Of a DNA stretch of 64,000 nucleotides, positions 21,292 through 31,228 are shown piece after piece. The notes beneath the pieces are model-generated. The model saw only the letters and a program-made list of their open reading frames with translations. It was not told where the DNA came from and did not search any database. This DNA comes from Planctomycetota bacterium. Lineage in GTDB: Bacteria > Planctomycetota > GCA-002687715 > CAIWVZ01. The translations under genes were made by a program, and so were the position numbers. The DNA lies in NCBI GenBank assembly GCA_044222185.1, contig JBGANV010000004.1:384001-448000 (forward strand), given 5' to 3'. Positions within the stretch are counted from its first letter, which is position 1. Every line of letters starts with the position of its first letter.

Positions 21292-23331
21292 ATGATGAAC
21301 GTGAAGAACGCAGTCTTGAAGATTCTCGCCCTGACCGGCGTCGTGCTCGTCGCCGGTCCGGTGCACGCCCAGACGGTGAACGTGACGTCGGACATCGCGG
21401 TGTCGACCACTTGGACGGCGACGAACACCTACAACCTCCAGCAGCAGATCTACGTGCTGCCTGGCGCCACGCTCACGATCGAGGCGGGCACGGTCATCGC
21501 CAGCACCACCAACCTCGGTGGCAGCCTCGCGGTGTGCCGCGGTGCGCAGATCTTCGTGCGCGGCACGCAAGCCAAGCCCGTGATCATGACGTCTCTCGCG
21601 GACGTCGCGACGTGGGCGGCCGATCCGGGTCAGCCCAACGGCAAGAACCCCCAGACGGGCACGTGGCGCGTGGGCGCGAACGAGTGGGGCAACCTCACCA
21701 TCATGGGTGGGGCCTACATCTCGGAGGACGCCATCGCGTCGAACACGGCCGCACCCAATCCCGCCAACTACGGCACGATGGAGGGCCTCACGCAGTCGGG
21801 TCCGTCCGACACGCGCACGTTCTACGGTGGCGGTGACGACTACGACGACAGCGGCACCGTCGCCTACCTCTCGCTGCGCTACGGCGGGAAGGTCATCGGC
21901 CTGAACAACGAGCTCAACGGAATGTCCCTCGGCGGCATCGGTCGCGGCACGACCATCCACCACGTCGAAGTGATGAACAACGTCGACGACGGCTTCGAGA
22001 TCTGGGGCGGAACGGTCAACCTGAAGTACGTCAGCATCTGGAACGTGGGTGATGACAGCTTCGACGTCGACCAGGGCTGGCGCGGGAAGGCCCAGTTCGG
22101 CCTGCTCGTTCAAGGGTACAGCGCGAACGCGGCGCAAGGTTCAGGTCTCGGCGACAACATGTTCGAGACGGACGGCGCCGAGAACTCCTACTACCAGCCG
22201 GTCACGACCGCCTCGATCTGGAACTTCACGTGCATCGGGCAGCCAGGTGGCGGCAACGCCGGCGGCGATCACGCAACGGCGTGGCGCGACAACGCCCGCG
22301 TGCAGTACCACGGCTGCATCTTCATGGATGTGGGTGAGCGCGTCGTCTCCTTCGACAACCTCGATGGTGACGGAGCGGCTGGCTACGCGGCGAATGGGAC
22401 GCTCGCCTGGGCGAACACGTGGACGACGCCCTACACGACGACGTCGACGGTGAACGCGCCCGTGAACCCGGGCGCCTTCTATACGGCGCAGGCCTCCGGC
22501 AACCTCGCGGAGATCACGGACAGCATCTTCTTCCACAACACTTTCGCTACCGCGTACACGGAAGCGATCGCGCGCGGAGTCTTCGGCGCGGGCACCAACA
22601 ACCTGCAAGAGCCGGCGAGCTCGCCCATCACCGCGCTCACGCGTAGCGGTCCGGTTCTCGTGACGGGTGCGCTCACGGTCCAGCCGGTGTCGTTCCTGAA
22701 CCCGCTTCCCGCGAACGATGCGCTCACGAGCGCGACGTCAGCTCCGAACGACGGGTTCTTCAAGCCGGCGAACTACCGCGGCGCGTTTGCGCCGGGGATC
22801 AACTGGCTCTGCGGCTGGACGGCCTCGCAGGCGTTCGGCCTCACCCCGGCACCCACACCTGGCCCGGGTCAGCCCGGAGTCGCGGGCGCGTCGATGATGG
22901 ACGTCAACGCGGCCGTGAATGCGAACGGTTGCGGAGTCGGAGTTCCTGGCGACCTGCGCGGGCCGTTCTTCACGACCGTGACGTCGGGCACGTCGCTGAA
23001 CTTCACGTTCAACGGGGAGCCGAACCGCGCGATCCTCCTCGCCTCGGGCGCGATCTTGAACCCGGCGAACTTCGACCTGGTGAACTTCGGACTGCCAGGC
23101 GCGGGGCTGATCGACGTGGGAACGGTGGTCCCGTTCGCGGTCACGTTCCTTGCGGACGGCACCCAGCCGGACTTCCTGAACTCGCTCTTCAACACGGGGC
23201 CGACGGGAACGATGAACGTCTCTCTTCCGGCGAACTTCCCCGTCGGGGCGACGTTCAACCTCCAGGCGATCATCTTCAACTCCTCGACGTTCCTGCGCAC
23301 GTCGAACGCGGTCCGCGTCACGATCAACTGA
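21292..23331 (+). CDS. secreted parallel beta-helix protein of the type found next to TonB-dependent receptors, with C-terminal beta domain
   Basis: GATLTIEAGT, DDSGTVAYLSLRYGG, NELNGMSLGGIGRGT, DDGFEIWGGTVN, DDSFDVDQGWRGKAQF, YRGAF; GAGGAG RBS. Confidence 0.8.
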   Translation: MMNVKNAVLKILALTGVVLVAGPVHAQTVNVTSDIAVSTTWTATNTYNLQQQIYVLPGATLTIEAGTVIASTTNLGGSLAVCRGAQIFVRGTQAKPVIMTSLADVATWAADPGQPNGKNPQTGTWRVGANEWGNLTIMGGAYISEDAIASNTAAPNPANYGTMEGLTQSGPSDTRTFYGGGDDYDDSGTVAYLSLRYGGKVIGLNNELNGMSLGGIGRGTTIHHVEVMNNVDDGFEIWGGTVNLKYVSIWNVGDDSFDVDQGWRGKAQFGLLVQGYSANAAQGSGLGDNMFETDGAENSYYQPVTTASIWNFTCIGQPGGGNAGGDHATAWRDNARVQYHGCIFMDVGERVVSFDNLDGDGAAGYAANGTLAWANTWTTPYTTTSTVNAPVNPGAFYTAQASGNLAEITDSIFFHNTFATAYTEAIARGVFGAGTNNLQEPASSPITALTRSGPVLVTGALTVQPVSFLNPLPANDALTSATSAPNDGFFKPANYRGAFAPGINWLCGWTASQAFGLTPAPTPGPGQPGVAGASMMDVNAAVNANGCGVGVPGDLRGPFFTTVTSGTSLNFTFNGEPNRAILLASGAILNPANFDLVNFGLPGAGLIDVGTVVPFAVTFLADGTQPDFLNSLFNTGPTGTMNVSLPANFPVGATFNLQAIIFNSSTFLRTSNAVRVTIN

Positions 23332-23405
23332 GCAGGTGTCGATGGATCGGCGGCGGGCGGGCGCACGTGCGCCACCGCCGCGCCTCTCACAGCCGGGCGA
23401 CGACC

Positions 23406-24686
23406 ATGACTTCACGAATTCTCATCTTCTGCATCGCGATTCCCGTCCTCGCGGGATCGGTCGTCTGGCTGCGTTCGTCCCATGACGTGCGCACGTGCGC
23501 CACCCACGGCCCGTCGCGCTGCGGGACTTCGTCCTCACCGTCGACGGGCGTCGCCGATGGGCCGATCTCTGCCGCCCAGAACGAGTTGCTTCGATTGGCG
23601 TTCGAGGCCGCCACGAAGCTGCCGGCGGATCCGCACATCAAGACGCGGTCGCGCGCCCAGGAGGCCGTCGTCACCGCCTGCCTCGAGCTCGATCAACCCA
23701 GCCGGGCGATCGCTTGCGTCGAAAAGATCGGAGACTGGCGCCGCGGAGAGGCCTACGCCGACGTGGCCCTGCATCTCGCGCGCCGCGGCGATGCGGCCTC
23801 GGCAGACCGGTACATGGATCTGGCGCGCGACGTGGCGCGATCGTGCAAGGCGCTCCCGGACGCCCAGGACTGGCACGCGGACCGCATCTTTTCGAAGGTG
23901 GCCGCGGCGTGCACGGTGCTCGGGCGGACGGGTGAGGCGCGGGCGCTCGTTGCTGGAATCGCCACGTCCGAACTGGCTGAGCTCCAATCGGTCCGGGCGG
24001 CCTTCAGCGACCAGACCGGCCTCGACCAGCAGGTGATGGAGGCCGACGCGCTCCTCGCCACGGGAGACCTGGACGCGATCCGCGCCGCAATCGAGACGTA
24101 TGCGCAGGCCTTTCGGCGTGCGTACGGCGACGTCGAAGCGCGCAATCGCATGGAGGCGAACGTCAAAGAGGCGGCGAAGCGCATCCCTCTCCAGCTTCGG
24201 GTGGAGTTCATCACCGAGCTGGGCAGTTTCGCGGCCGAGAACGCGGACTCGGCCAAAGCCCTCGAACTGGCGCGCGACGCGACGGTCATACTCGACTCGG
24301 CGAAGTGGACGGCGTCGGACCGCATTCCCATGGTGGCGAAGCTCGCAGAACTGCGCTTTCGCGCCGGCGACCGCGTCACGGCGAGGCAGGACCTCGACGG
24401 AGCGCTCGCGCTGTACTCCGCCGAGCGCGACAGGATCGTGAACATCTACCGGGCTGGCGCACTGCGCGCCATCGGCGAGGCCCTCGTCACCCTGGGCGAC
24501 CAGGATGGCGCCCTGCGCGCGTACACGCGTGCCATCGAGGAGGGCGTCACCAATCCCAACTCGCGTCCGCGCGCCATCGACCTCTCGGCGACGTGTCGCT
24601 CCATGGCGCTGCGCGGCGTCGACGTGCCGGAGCGGCTGAAGGCGCGGATCCAGGAAATCTGCAACGGGCTGGGAGAGCCGTGGTGA
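23406..24686 (+). CDS. helical repeat (TPR-like) hypothetical protein with N-terminal membrane anchor
   Basis: Hydrophobic N-terminus then Ala/Leu-rich amphipathic helices; stop overlaps TBDR start. Confidence 0.65.
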   Translation: MTSRILIFCIAIPVLAGSVVWLRSSHDVRTCATHGPSRCGTSSSPSTGVADGPISAAQNELLRLAFEAATKLPADPHIKTRSRAQEAVVTACLELDQPSRAIACVEKIGDWRRGEAYADVALHLARRGDAASADRYMDLARDVARSCKALPDAQDWHADRIFSKVAAACTVLGRTGEARALVAGIATSELAELQSVRAAFSDQTGLDQQVMEADALLATGDLDAIRAAIETYAQAFRRAYGDVEARNRMEANVKEAAKRIPLQLRVEFITELGSFAAENADSAKALELARDATVILDSAKWTASDRIPMVAKLAELRFRAGDRVTARQDLDGALALYSAERDRIVNIYRAGALRAIGEALVTLGDQDGALRAYTRAIEEGVTNPNSRPRAIDLSATCRSMALRGVDVPERLKARIQEICNGLGEPW

Positions 24687-27664
24687 CGGTGACGCGATTT
24701 CTCCTTCGAGCGCTCGCGTTCGCCGTGTTCGCAGCCGGGCTCGTCCGCGCGCAGGACCCGGCCGGCGCGATTCGTGGTTCCGTCACGGACAAGGATTTCG
24801 ACGGCCCGTTGACCGGCGCGCAGGTCACCGTCGTCGAGACGAACCAGAAGGCGACGACCACCGACCAGGGGAGTTTCGTCGTCAACCAGGTCCCACCGGG
24901 GAAGTACACGCTGACGTTCACGAAGGAGGGATATGCGCGGCAGGTCAAGACGGACGTGATCGTTCGTCCGGCCGCGCTCACGGACCTCGACGTGGCCCTC
25001 GCGGGTGAATTCACCGACATGGAGGAGTTCGTCGTCCAGGACATCCAACTCGGGGCAGGTACCGAATCCGGGCTGCTCAAGCTCCGGCTCGAGAGCCCGG
25101 CGCTCCTGGATTCGATCAGCGCGGACCTCATGAGTCGGGCTGGCGCGGGCGATGCGGCGAGTGCTCTGCGGCTGGTCGCCGGCGCGACCGTGCAGGACGG
25201 CAAGTACGCCGTCGTGCGCGGACTGCCCGATCGCTACGTCGTCTCGCAGATGAACGGCGTTCGGCTTCCGACGGCAGACGCGAACAAGCGTGCCGTGCAA
25301 CTCGACCAGTTCCCCTCGGCGATCATCGAGAGCATCCAGGTCAGCAAGACGTTCACGCCCGACCAGCAGGGCGACGCGTCGGGCGGCGCCGTCGACGTGC
25401 GCCTGAAGGGCATCCCGGACGAGCCATTCTACGCCCGGTTCTCGAGCCAGGTGAGTCGCAACTCGCAGGTCGGCGGCCGGAGGAACTTCCTCACGTACGA
25501 GGACGGCGGCCTGAACTTCTTCGGCTTCGACGACGGGAGCCGCGAGATCCCCGCGGGCGACATCGGCGGAAACTTCGATCGGTCGGTCGGGACCTCGCGG
25601 AACGATGCGCCCACCGACTACAAGTGGTCGGTTTCCACGGGGCTGAAGGAGGAACTCGGCAGCGGCGTGAAGATCGGCGGCGCGCTGAACTTCTTCTACG
25701 AGCGTGACAGCTCGTTCTTCGATCACGGGCGTGACGACTCGTATTGGGTCACATCACCCGGGAACGGCATGACGCCGCGTACGTCGCAGGGAACGCCGGA
25801 GCAGGGCGACTTCAAGACGGCGCTGTTCGACGTCACGCAAGGCTCGCAGCTCGTGCAGTGGGGCGGGCTCGGGACGTTCGGCGCCGAGATCGAGAACCAC
25901 TCGATCAATCTCACGTACCTCTACACCCGCACGGCGACGGACACGGCGACGCTCGCGGAGGACACTCGCGGCAAGGCGTACTTCTTTCCAGGCTACGACC
26001 CGGCGAATCAGACCAGCCCAGGGCAGGAGTCTCCCAACGCGGCTCCTTACCTCCGTCTCGAGACGCTCAATTACACCGAGCGCGAGGCGGACACGCTGCA
26101 GCTCCACGGCAAGCACCGGTTTCCCCTGAAGGATGTCGGCGTCGACGATCTCTTCGCCCTGAAGTCGATCGATGTCGACTGGACGGCCGCCTGGAGCACA
26201 TCCACGCTCGACCAGCCGGACAAGCGTCAGTTCGGCGAGCTTTGGTACCCAGGCGCGACGGTCGGCACGCTCGTGATCCCGCCGGTCCATCTTCCGTTCA
26301 AACCGGCCGCGAACTTCACGCTCGGCAACCTGCAACACATCTGGCAGCGCGTCGAGGAGGAGAGCGCGCAGTACCAGGTCAACCTCGGCGTGCCATTCAG
26401 GGCGTGGACCGAGGATGACGGTCGGTTCTCGTTCGGCTTTTTCACGGATCAGGTCGATCGCGGTTTCAACCAGGACACGTTCAGCAACTTCAACGACTCG
26501 AGCGCGTTCTTCTACGGGGGATTCGACGAGCTGTGGAGCGGCGCATTTCCGGCGGAGAACCATCCGATCACGGAGTCGCTGTCGGATGTCGACTACACGG
26601 GCAAGCAGTCGATCACGGCGTGGTACTCGATGCTCGAATTGCCGCTCGTGCCCGACCTGAAACTCGTCGGCGGCGTGCGTCTGGAATCGACGGAGATCGG
26701 CATCACCAACGCGCCCGAGCAGGACGCCACGTGGTTTCCGCCCGGTGCCGCGGCGGCGACCGAGCTGAACCCGGGCGATGCGGACGTGAGCTTCTCGCAG
26801 GACGACGTCCTGCCGTCCATCGCGCTCGAGTACAAGCCGTGGACGGAGGTCACGCTCCGCGGCGCCTACAACAAGACGTTCGCGCGCCAGACGTTCAAGG
26901 AGCTGACGCCCATCATCCAGCAGGAGTTCCTCGGCGGGCCGATCTTCATCGGGAACCCCGAGCTGCAGATGAGCGCGGTCAAGAACTACGACTTGCGCGC
27001 GGACTACGCACCGTACGAAGGTGGCCTCGTCTCCGCGTCCTGGTTCCGCAAGGACATCAAGGCGCCCATCGAGTACGTGCAGCGCGTGGTGTCGTTCGAC
27101 TACACGACGGCGGTCAACTATCCGAAGGGCGAGCTGATGGGCTTCGAGTTCGAGCTCCGGCAGGATCTGGGGCGCTTCCTCGACCCGTTCGCGGGGCTGT
27201 CGATCGGCGCCAACGCGACCTTCATCTCGTCGGAAGTGCATCTGCCCGAGGACGAGATCGCCGGGTTCAACCTGCCGAACATCCAGGCGCCGATCACGAG
27301 CCGTGACATGACCGGCGCGCCGGATCACCTCTACAACGTCTACTTGACCTACGACCTGGCGGAGACGAACACGCAGTTCGCGCTCTTCTACACGATCACG
27401 GGCGACACGTTGATCGCGGGCGCGGGCCAGGCGGCAGGCAACTTCATCCCCAGCGTCTACGCGCGGGAGTTCGGCACGTTGAACGCGAGCGTGACCCAGA
27501 AGTTCACCGACTGGCTCAAGCTCCAGGTGCAGGTGAAGAACATCACGAATCCGGACATCGAGACCGTCTACCGCTCGAAGTTCATCGGCGATGACGTCCT
27601 GAAGACGTCATCCAGCAGAGGAGTGGAGTACTCGATCACGCTCTCCGCCGAGTTCCGCTTCTGA
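24683..27664 (+). CDS. TonB-dependent receptor with N-terminal carboxypeptidase-regulatory-like domain
   Basis: GAIRGSVTD..; plug VVRGLPDRY...LDQFPS..IESIQVSKTFTPD; GNPEL, NYDLR; C-terminal Phe (AEFRF). Confidence 0.92.
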   Translation: MTVTRFLLRALAFAVFAAGLVRAQDPAGAIRGSVTDKDFDGPLTGAQVTVVETNQKATTTDQGSFVVNQVPPGKYTLTFTKEGYARQVKTDVIVRPAALTDLDVALAGEFTDMEEFVVQDIQLGAGTESGLLKLRLESPALLDSISADLMSRAGAGDAASALRLVAGATVQDGKYAVVRGLPDRYVVSQMNGVRLPTADANKRAVQLDQFPSAIIESIQVSKTFTPDQQGDASGGAVDVRLKGIPDEPFYARFSSQVSRNSQVGGRRNFLTYEDGGLNFFGFDDGSREIPAGDIGGNFDRSVGTSRNDAPTDYKWSVSTGLKEELGSGVKIGGALNFFYERDSSFFDHGRDDSYWVTSPGNGMTPRTSQGTPEQGDFKTALFDVTQGSQLVQWGGLGTFGAEIENHSINLTYLYTRTATDTATLAEDTRGKAYFFPGYDPANQTSPGQESPNAAPYLRLETLNYTEREADTLQLHGKHRFPLKDVGVDDLFALKSIDVDWTAAWSTSTLDQPDKRQFGELWYPGATVGTLVIPPVHLPFKPAANFTLGNLQHIWQRVEEESAQYQVNLGVPFRAWTEDDGRFSFGFFTDQVDRGFNQDTFSNFNDSSAFFYGGFDELWSGAFPAENHPITESLSDVDYTGKQSITAWYSMLELPLVPDLKLVGGVRLESTEIGITNAPEQDATWFPPGAAAATELNPGDADVSFSQDDVLPSIALEYKPWTEVTLRGAYNKTFARQTFKELTPIIQQEFLGGPIFIGNPELQMSAVKNYDLRADYAPYEGGLVSASWFRKDIKAPIEYVQRVVSFDYTTAVNYPKGELMGFEFELRQDLGRFLDPFAGLSIGANATFISSEVHLPEDEIAGFNLPNIQAPITSRDMTGAPDHLYNVYLTYDLAETNTQFALFYTITGDTLIAGAGQAAGNFIPSVYAREFGTLNASVTQKFTDWLKLQVQVKNITNPDIETVYRSKFIGDDVLKTSSSRGVEYSITLSAEFRF

Positions 27665-27703
27665 GGGCACGGCGACCACGGCATTCAGCAACAGGACGAC
27701 GAC

Positions 27704-28603
27704 ATGAAACCCATCAACAGCAAACCCAAACGCCCGGCAACGGGTCGAAGTCCGATCTCGGGGGCGATCGGGCTCGCGGCCGTCGGGTTGATCTGGCTCT
27801 CGGCCGGCGCGCAGGCGCAGGAATCGAGTGCTCGCACGCAGGTCGCAACGTCGCGGCCGTCGGCGGACGACTCGGATTCCCGCCCGGCGGCAACGCCCGC
27901 CCCCTCGGGTCGCGCCTCGATCGAGGACACGCGGCTCCTCATGAGCAAGTGGATCGAGAGCCAGCAGATCTACTCGAAGGAGCGGAAGGACTGGCAGCAG
28001 GGCAAGGAGGTGCTCGCCGGGCGCCGCGACCTCGTGAAGCAGGAGGTCGATGGCCTGCAGGAGAAGATCAGGGTCGCCGAGGCGAGCGCGGCCGAGGCCG
28101 AGAAGAAGAAGGCGGACCTCGTCGCGGAGAATGACCGGCTGAAAGCCCTCGGTGAACAGCTCGCGACGGGCGTCACGGCGATGGAGGGGGAAGTCCGGCG
28201 GCTGGTCAAGACGATCCCGGAGCCGATCCAGGCAAAGCTGCTTCCACTGTTCCAGCGAATCCCCGAAGACGCGGCGAAGACCAAGGTCTCGGTTGCCGAG
28301 CGGTTTCAGAACGTGCTCGGGATCCTGAACGAGCTGAACAAGGCGAACAACGAGATCACGGTGAACTACGAGGTGCGTACCCTCGCCGACGGGAAGCCGG
28401 CGGAGGTGAAGGCGGTCTACATCGGGCTGTCGCAGGCCTACTACGTGAGTGCCGGCGGAGAGGCGGGCATCGGATGCCCAACGGCCGACGGCTGGAAGTG
28501 GGAACCATCGAAGGCCGTCGCCTCCGACGTCGCGACCGTGCTGGAAGTTCTCGACGGAAAACACTCTCCCGCGTTCATCCCACTTCCGGTGAAGATCCAA
28601 TGA
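27704..28603 (+). CDS. DUF3450 family periplasmic coiled-coil protein
   Basis: Signal peptide, coiled coil, SVAERFQNVL, VYIGLSQAYYVS; position before ExbB-like gene. Confidence 0.8.
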   Translation: MKPINSKPKRPATGRSPISGAIGLAAVGLIWLSAGAQAQESSARTQVATSRPSADDSDSRPAATPAPSGRASIEDTRLLMSKWIESQQIYSKERKDWQQGKEVLAGRRDLVKQEVDGLQEKIRVAEASAAEAEKKKADLVAENDRLKALGEQLATGVTAMEGEVRRLVKTIPEPIQAKLLPLFQRIPEDAAKTKVSVAERFQNVLGILNELNKANNEITVNYEVRTLADGKPAEVKAVYIGLSQAYYVSAGGEAGIGCPTADGWKWEPSKAVASDVATVLEVLDGKHSPAFIPLPVKIQ

Positions 28604-30084
28604 AGACACTCATCAGCATCACGTGTGTCGTCTGCCTGACGATCACCGGCCACGGCCAGCAGCCGGCCGCGCACGAAACGATTTCACGGCTGTCTCGAAC
28701 GGCGGAATTGGACCTGGCGAAGAGCGTGCAGGAGCTGGGTCGTCTCCGCGAGCAGATCGCGGCGGAGAAGCTGCCGCTCGCTCAGGAGCTCTCGACGCTC
28801 GAGGAGCGCGTCACGGACCTGCGGCGCGAACACGATCGCCTCACGCGATCGGTCGATGCGGGCAACCTGGATCTGCACACGCTCAAGGCTGAATCCAAAG
28901 CGCGACAGGACGAACTGGGCTACGTCGCGAACCTCCTGGATGAGTACGCCCGGACGTTCGAATCGAAGATCAACGTCAGCGAGCTGCAGTACTGCGGCGA
29001 GTCGATGACGGCGGCGAAGCAGGCGGGGGAGAATACGACGCTCGAGTTGCCCGAGAAGTTCGCGCGCCAGTTGGCGTTTGCGGAGGTCTCGTTGAAGCGG
29101 CTTTTCGACGTCGTCGGCGGGATCCGCTTCCCGGGCCGCGCCGTCGACCTCGCGGGAGCGGTCGTCGACGGGCAATTCGCGCTCATCGGGCCGGTCGCGC
29201 TGTTTCGCGCGGCGAGCGGGACGGCGGGGTTGGTCGTGCCGCAGTCAGGGTCGACGAATCCGTTGATCCGCCCCCTCGAAGGCGAGATCCAGGCTTCGAT
29301 CGGCAACCTGGTGCAGACCGGCGAGGGGATCTTTCCGCTCGACCCGTCTCGCGGCGGGGCGTTGAAGGCCCTCGTGCAGAACAAGTTCAGCATCGTGCAC
29401 GTCTTCGAGAAGGGTGGCCCGATCATGTGGCCGCTGCTCGTCGCGTCGATCATCGCGCTCGCGACGGTGCTCGAGCGCCTCTTCTTCCTCATGCGCGAGA
29501 AGACCAAGAGCGATCGGAAGGCCCTGGAGAAGTTCTTCGTGGCCGTCGCGAACGACGACTTCGAGGGTGCCATCCGCATCGGAAAGAGCACGAAATTCTT
29601 CGTCGTGAAGGCGCTCACGAACGCGCTGTCGCACGAAGGGGCGTCGCTGCCGAACGCGCTGATGTACGCGCAGGCGCAGGAACTGAAGCGGTTCCGCCGC
29701 GGCATTCCGGTCCTCGACACGGTGATCACGCTGGCACCGCTGCTCGGGCTTCTGGGCACGGTCACCGGAATGATGGGCTCGTTCTCGCTGATCGGTGGAG
29801 ATCTCGGGGCGCCGGGAGCGATCACGGGAGGTATCGCCGAGGCACTCATCGCGACGGCGTTCGGCCTCGGGATCGCCATCATGTCCGTGCTGCCGTTCAA
29901 CTACCTGAACTCGCGGATGGAGGAGGTGAAGCACGAGCTCGAATCGGCGGCGTCACAGCTCGAGCTCTTGGCTCAACAGCAAGGGCATGGTGTGGGGCAC
30001 CAGGGGCATGTGACGGCGACCAAGGTGCCTACCACGGGCGCGCGTCCCATCGTCCACCTGGCGATGGAAGCCGGGAGGAGCTGA
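28600..30084 (+). CDS. exbB: MotA/TolQ/ExbB family protein with large periplasmic N-terminal extension (TtpC-like)
   Basis: PLDPSRG, GGPIMWPL, APLLGLLGTVTGM, GGIAEALIATAFGL; ATGA overlap. Confidence 0.88.
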   Translation: MKTLISITCVVCLTITGHGQQPAAHETISRLSRTAELDLAKSVQELGRLREQIAAEKLPLAQELSTLEERVTDLRREHDRLTRSVDAGNLDLHTLKAESKARQDELGYVANLLDEYARTFESKINVSELQYCGESMTAAKQAGENTTLELPEKFARQLAFAEVSLKRLFDVVGGIRFPGRAVDLAGAVVDGQFALIGPVALFRAASGTAGLVVPQSGSTNPLIRPLEGEIQASIGNLVQTGEGIFPLDPSRGGALKALVQNKFSIVHVFEKGGPIMWPLLVASIIALATVLERLFFLMREKTKSDRKALEKFFVAVANDDFEGAIRIGKSTKFFVVKALTNALSHEGASLPNALMYAQAQELKRFRRGIPVLDTVITLAPLLGLLGTVTGMMGSFSLIGGDLGAPGAITGGIAEALIATAFGLGIAIMSVLPFNYLNSRMEEVKHELESAASQLELLAQQQGHGVGHQGHVTATKVPTTGARPIVHLAMEAGRS

Positions 30085-30086
30085 TC

Positions 30087-30506
30087 ATGCACGGTGGATC
30101 CAGTGGCGGCGGAAAGCGGGCACGCATCGAGATCATCCCGCTGATCGACATCATCTTCTTCTTGCTGGCGACCTTCATCATGGTCTCGCTCTCGATGACC
30201 AAGAACCAAGGCGTGCAGGTCGCGCTGCCGACGGCGGCAAGCGCGGCGTCCCTCGGGAGTCACGAGGAGATGGACAAGGCTCTCACGCTCAGCGTGACGG
30301 CGAAGGGCGATGTCTTCTTCAACAAGGAGAAGATCACGCTCGCGCAACTGCCCCTGAAGCTGCAGACGTTCAGGGCCTCGGCGAAGGACCCTCGCGTGAT
30401 CATCAACAGCGATGCAGGGGCCGACTTCAAACACGTCGTCGGCGTCCTCGACGAGGTTCGCAAGTTCGGCATCGTCAAGGTGGGCATCAACACGGACAAG
30501 AAGTAG
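30087..30506 (+). CDS. exbD: biopolymer transporter ExbD
   Basis: IEIIPLIDIIFFLLATF, V.LP.A, VVGVLD. Confidence 0.92.
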   Translation: MHGGSSGGGKRARIEIIPLIDIIFFLLATFIMVSLSMTKNQGVQVALPTAASAASLGSHEEMDKALTLSVTAKGDVFFNKEKITLAQLPLKLQTFRASAKDPRVIINSDAGADFKHVVGVLDEVRKFGIVKVGINTDKK

Positions 30507-30508
30507 CC

Positions 30509-31225
30509 ATGCGCGTCGTCATCGGTGTGATCATCGCGCTCGTCGTCCACGCGGCCGTGCTCTTGTTCGGCGGCGTGATCGTCGACGGCCGCGAAGAGGC
30601 GAAGCCCAAGGTACAGCAGATCGACCTTTTGAGTGAGGACGACGCGGCGAAGGCGAAAGACAAGGAGCCTCCGAAGCCCGAAGAGCGGAAGACCGAGAAG
30701 AACGACGAGGTCGAGGCCGACACGGAGAGGCCGCCGGACGCGGCCGAAATCATCCGCAATCTCGAGGCGCCGGTGAACCCCGCGCCTGCGCTTGACGCCG
30801 CCAGCCTCTCGGCGATCGAGCAGGCCCTCAGTGGCGCGCCGGGTGGCGGCGAGTTCGCGGACTCGTTGTCATTCGCATCGGGCGGTCGGATCGGCGGCGT
30901 GGGCAAGGCGGGTGTGTCGGAGGAGAAACTCGACGGCGCGTTCAGCCTTGCTGAGATCGACCAGAAGCCTCGCGCGGTATTCCAATCGGCGCCTGGCTAC
31001 CCGTCCGAGTTGCGCAGCTCGAAGATCGAGGGAGTCGTCGCAGTGATCTTCATCGTCGATGCGTCGGGTCGCGTGACGAACCCGCGGGTGGAGAAGTCGT
31101 CGCACCCGGCCTTCGAGAGGCCCGCGTTGGATGCCGTCAAGCAGTGGAAGTTCGAACCTGCGATCAAGGGCGGTGAGCGCGTGGGCTGCCGCATGCGTGT
31201 CCCGATCAGATTTCAGCCGAGTTGA
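30509..31225 (+). CDS. tonB: energy transducer TonB
   Basis: N-terminal TM with His, Pro/Lys/Glu linker, YPSE...IEGVV...FIVDASGRV, A.DAVKQWKFEPA. Confidence 0.9.
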   Translation: MRVVIGVIIALVVHAAVLLFGGVIVDGREEAKPKVQQIDLLSEDDAAKAKDKEPPKPEERKTEKNDEVEADTERPPDAAEIIRNLEAPVNPAPALDAASLSAIEQALSGAPGGGEFADSLSFASGGRIGGVGKAGVSEEKLDGAFSLAEIDQKPRAVFQSAPGYPSELRSSKIEGVVAVIFIVDASGRVTNPRVEKSSHPAFERPALDAVKQWKFEPAIKGGERVGCRMRVPIRFQPS

Positions 31226-31228
31226 ACC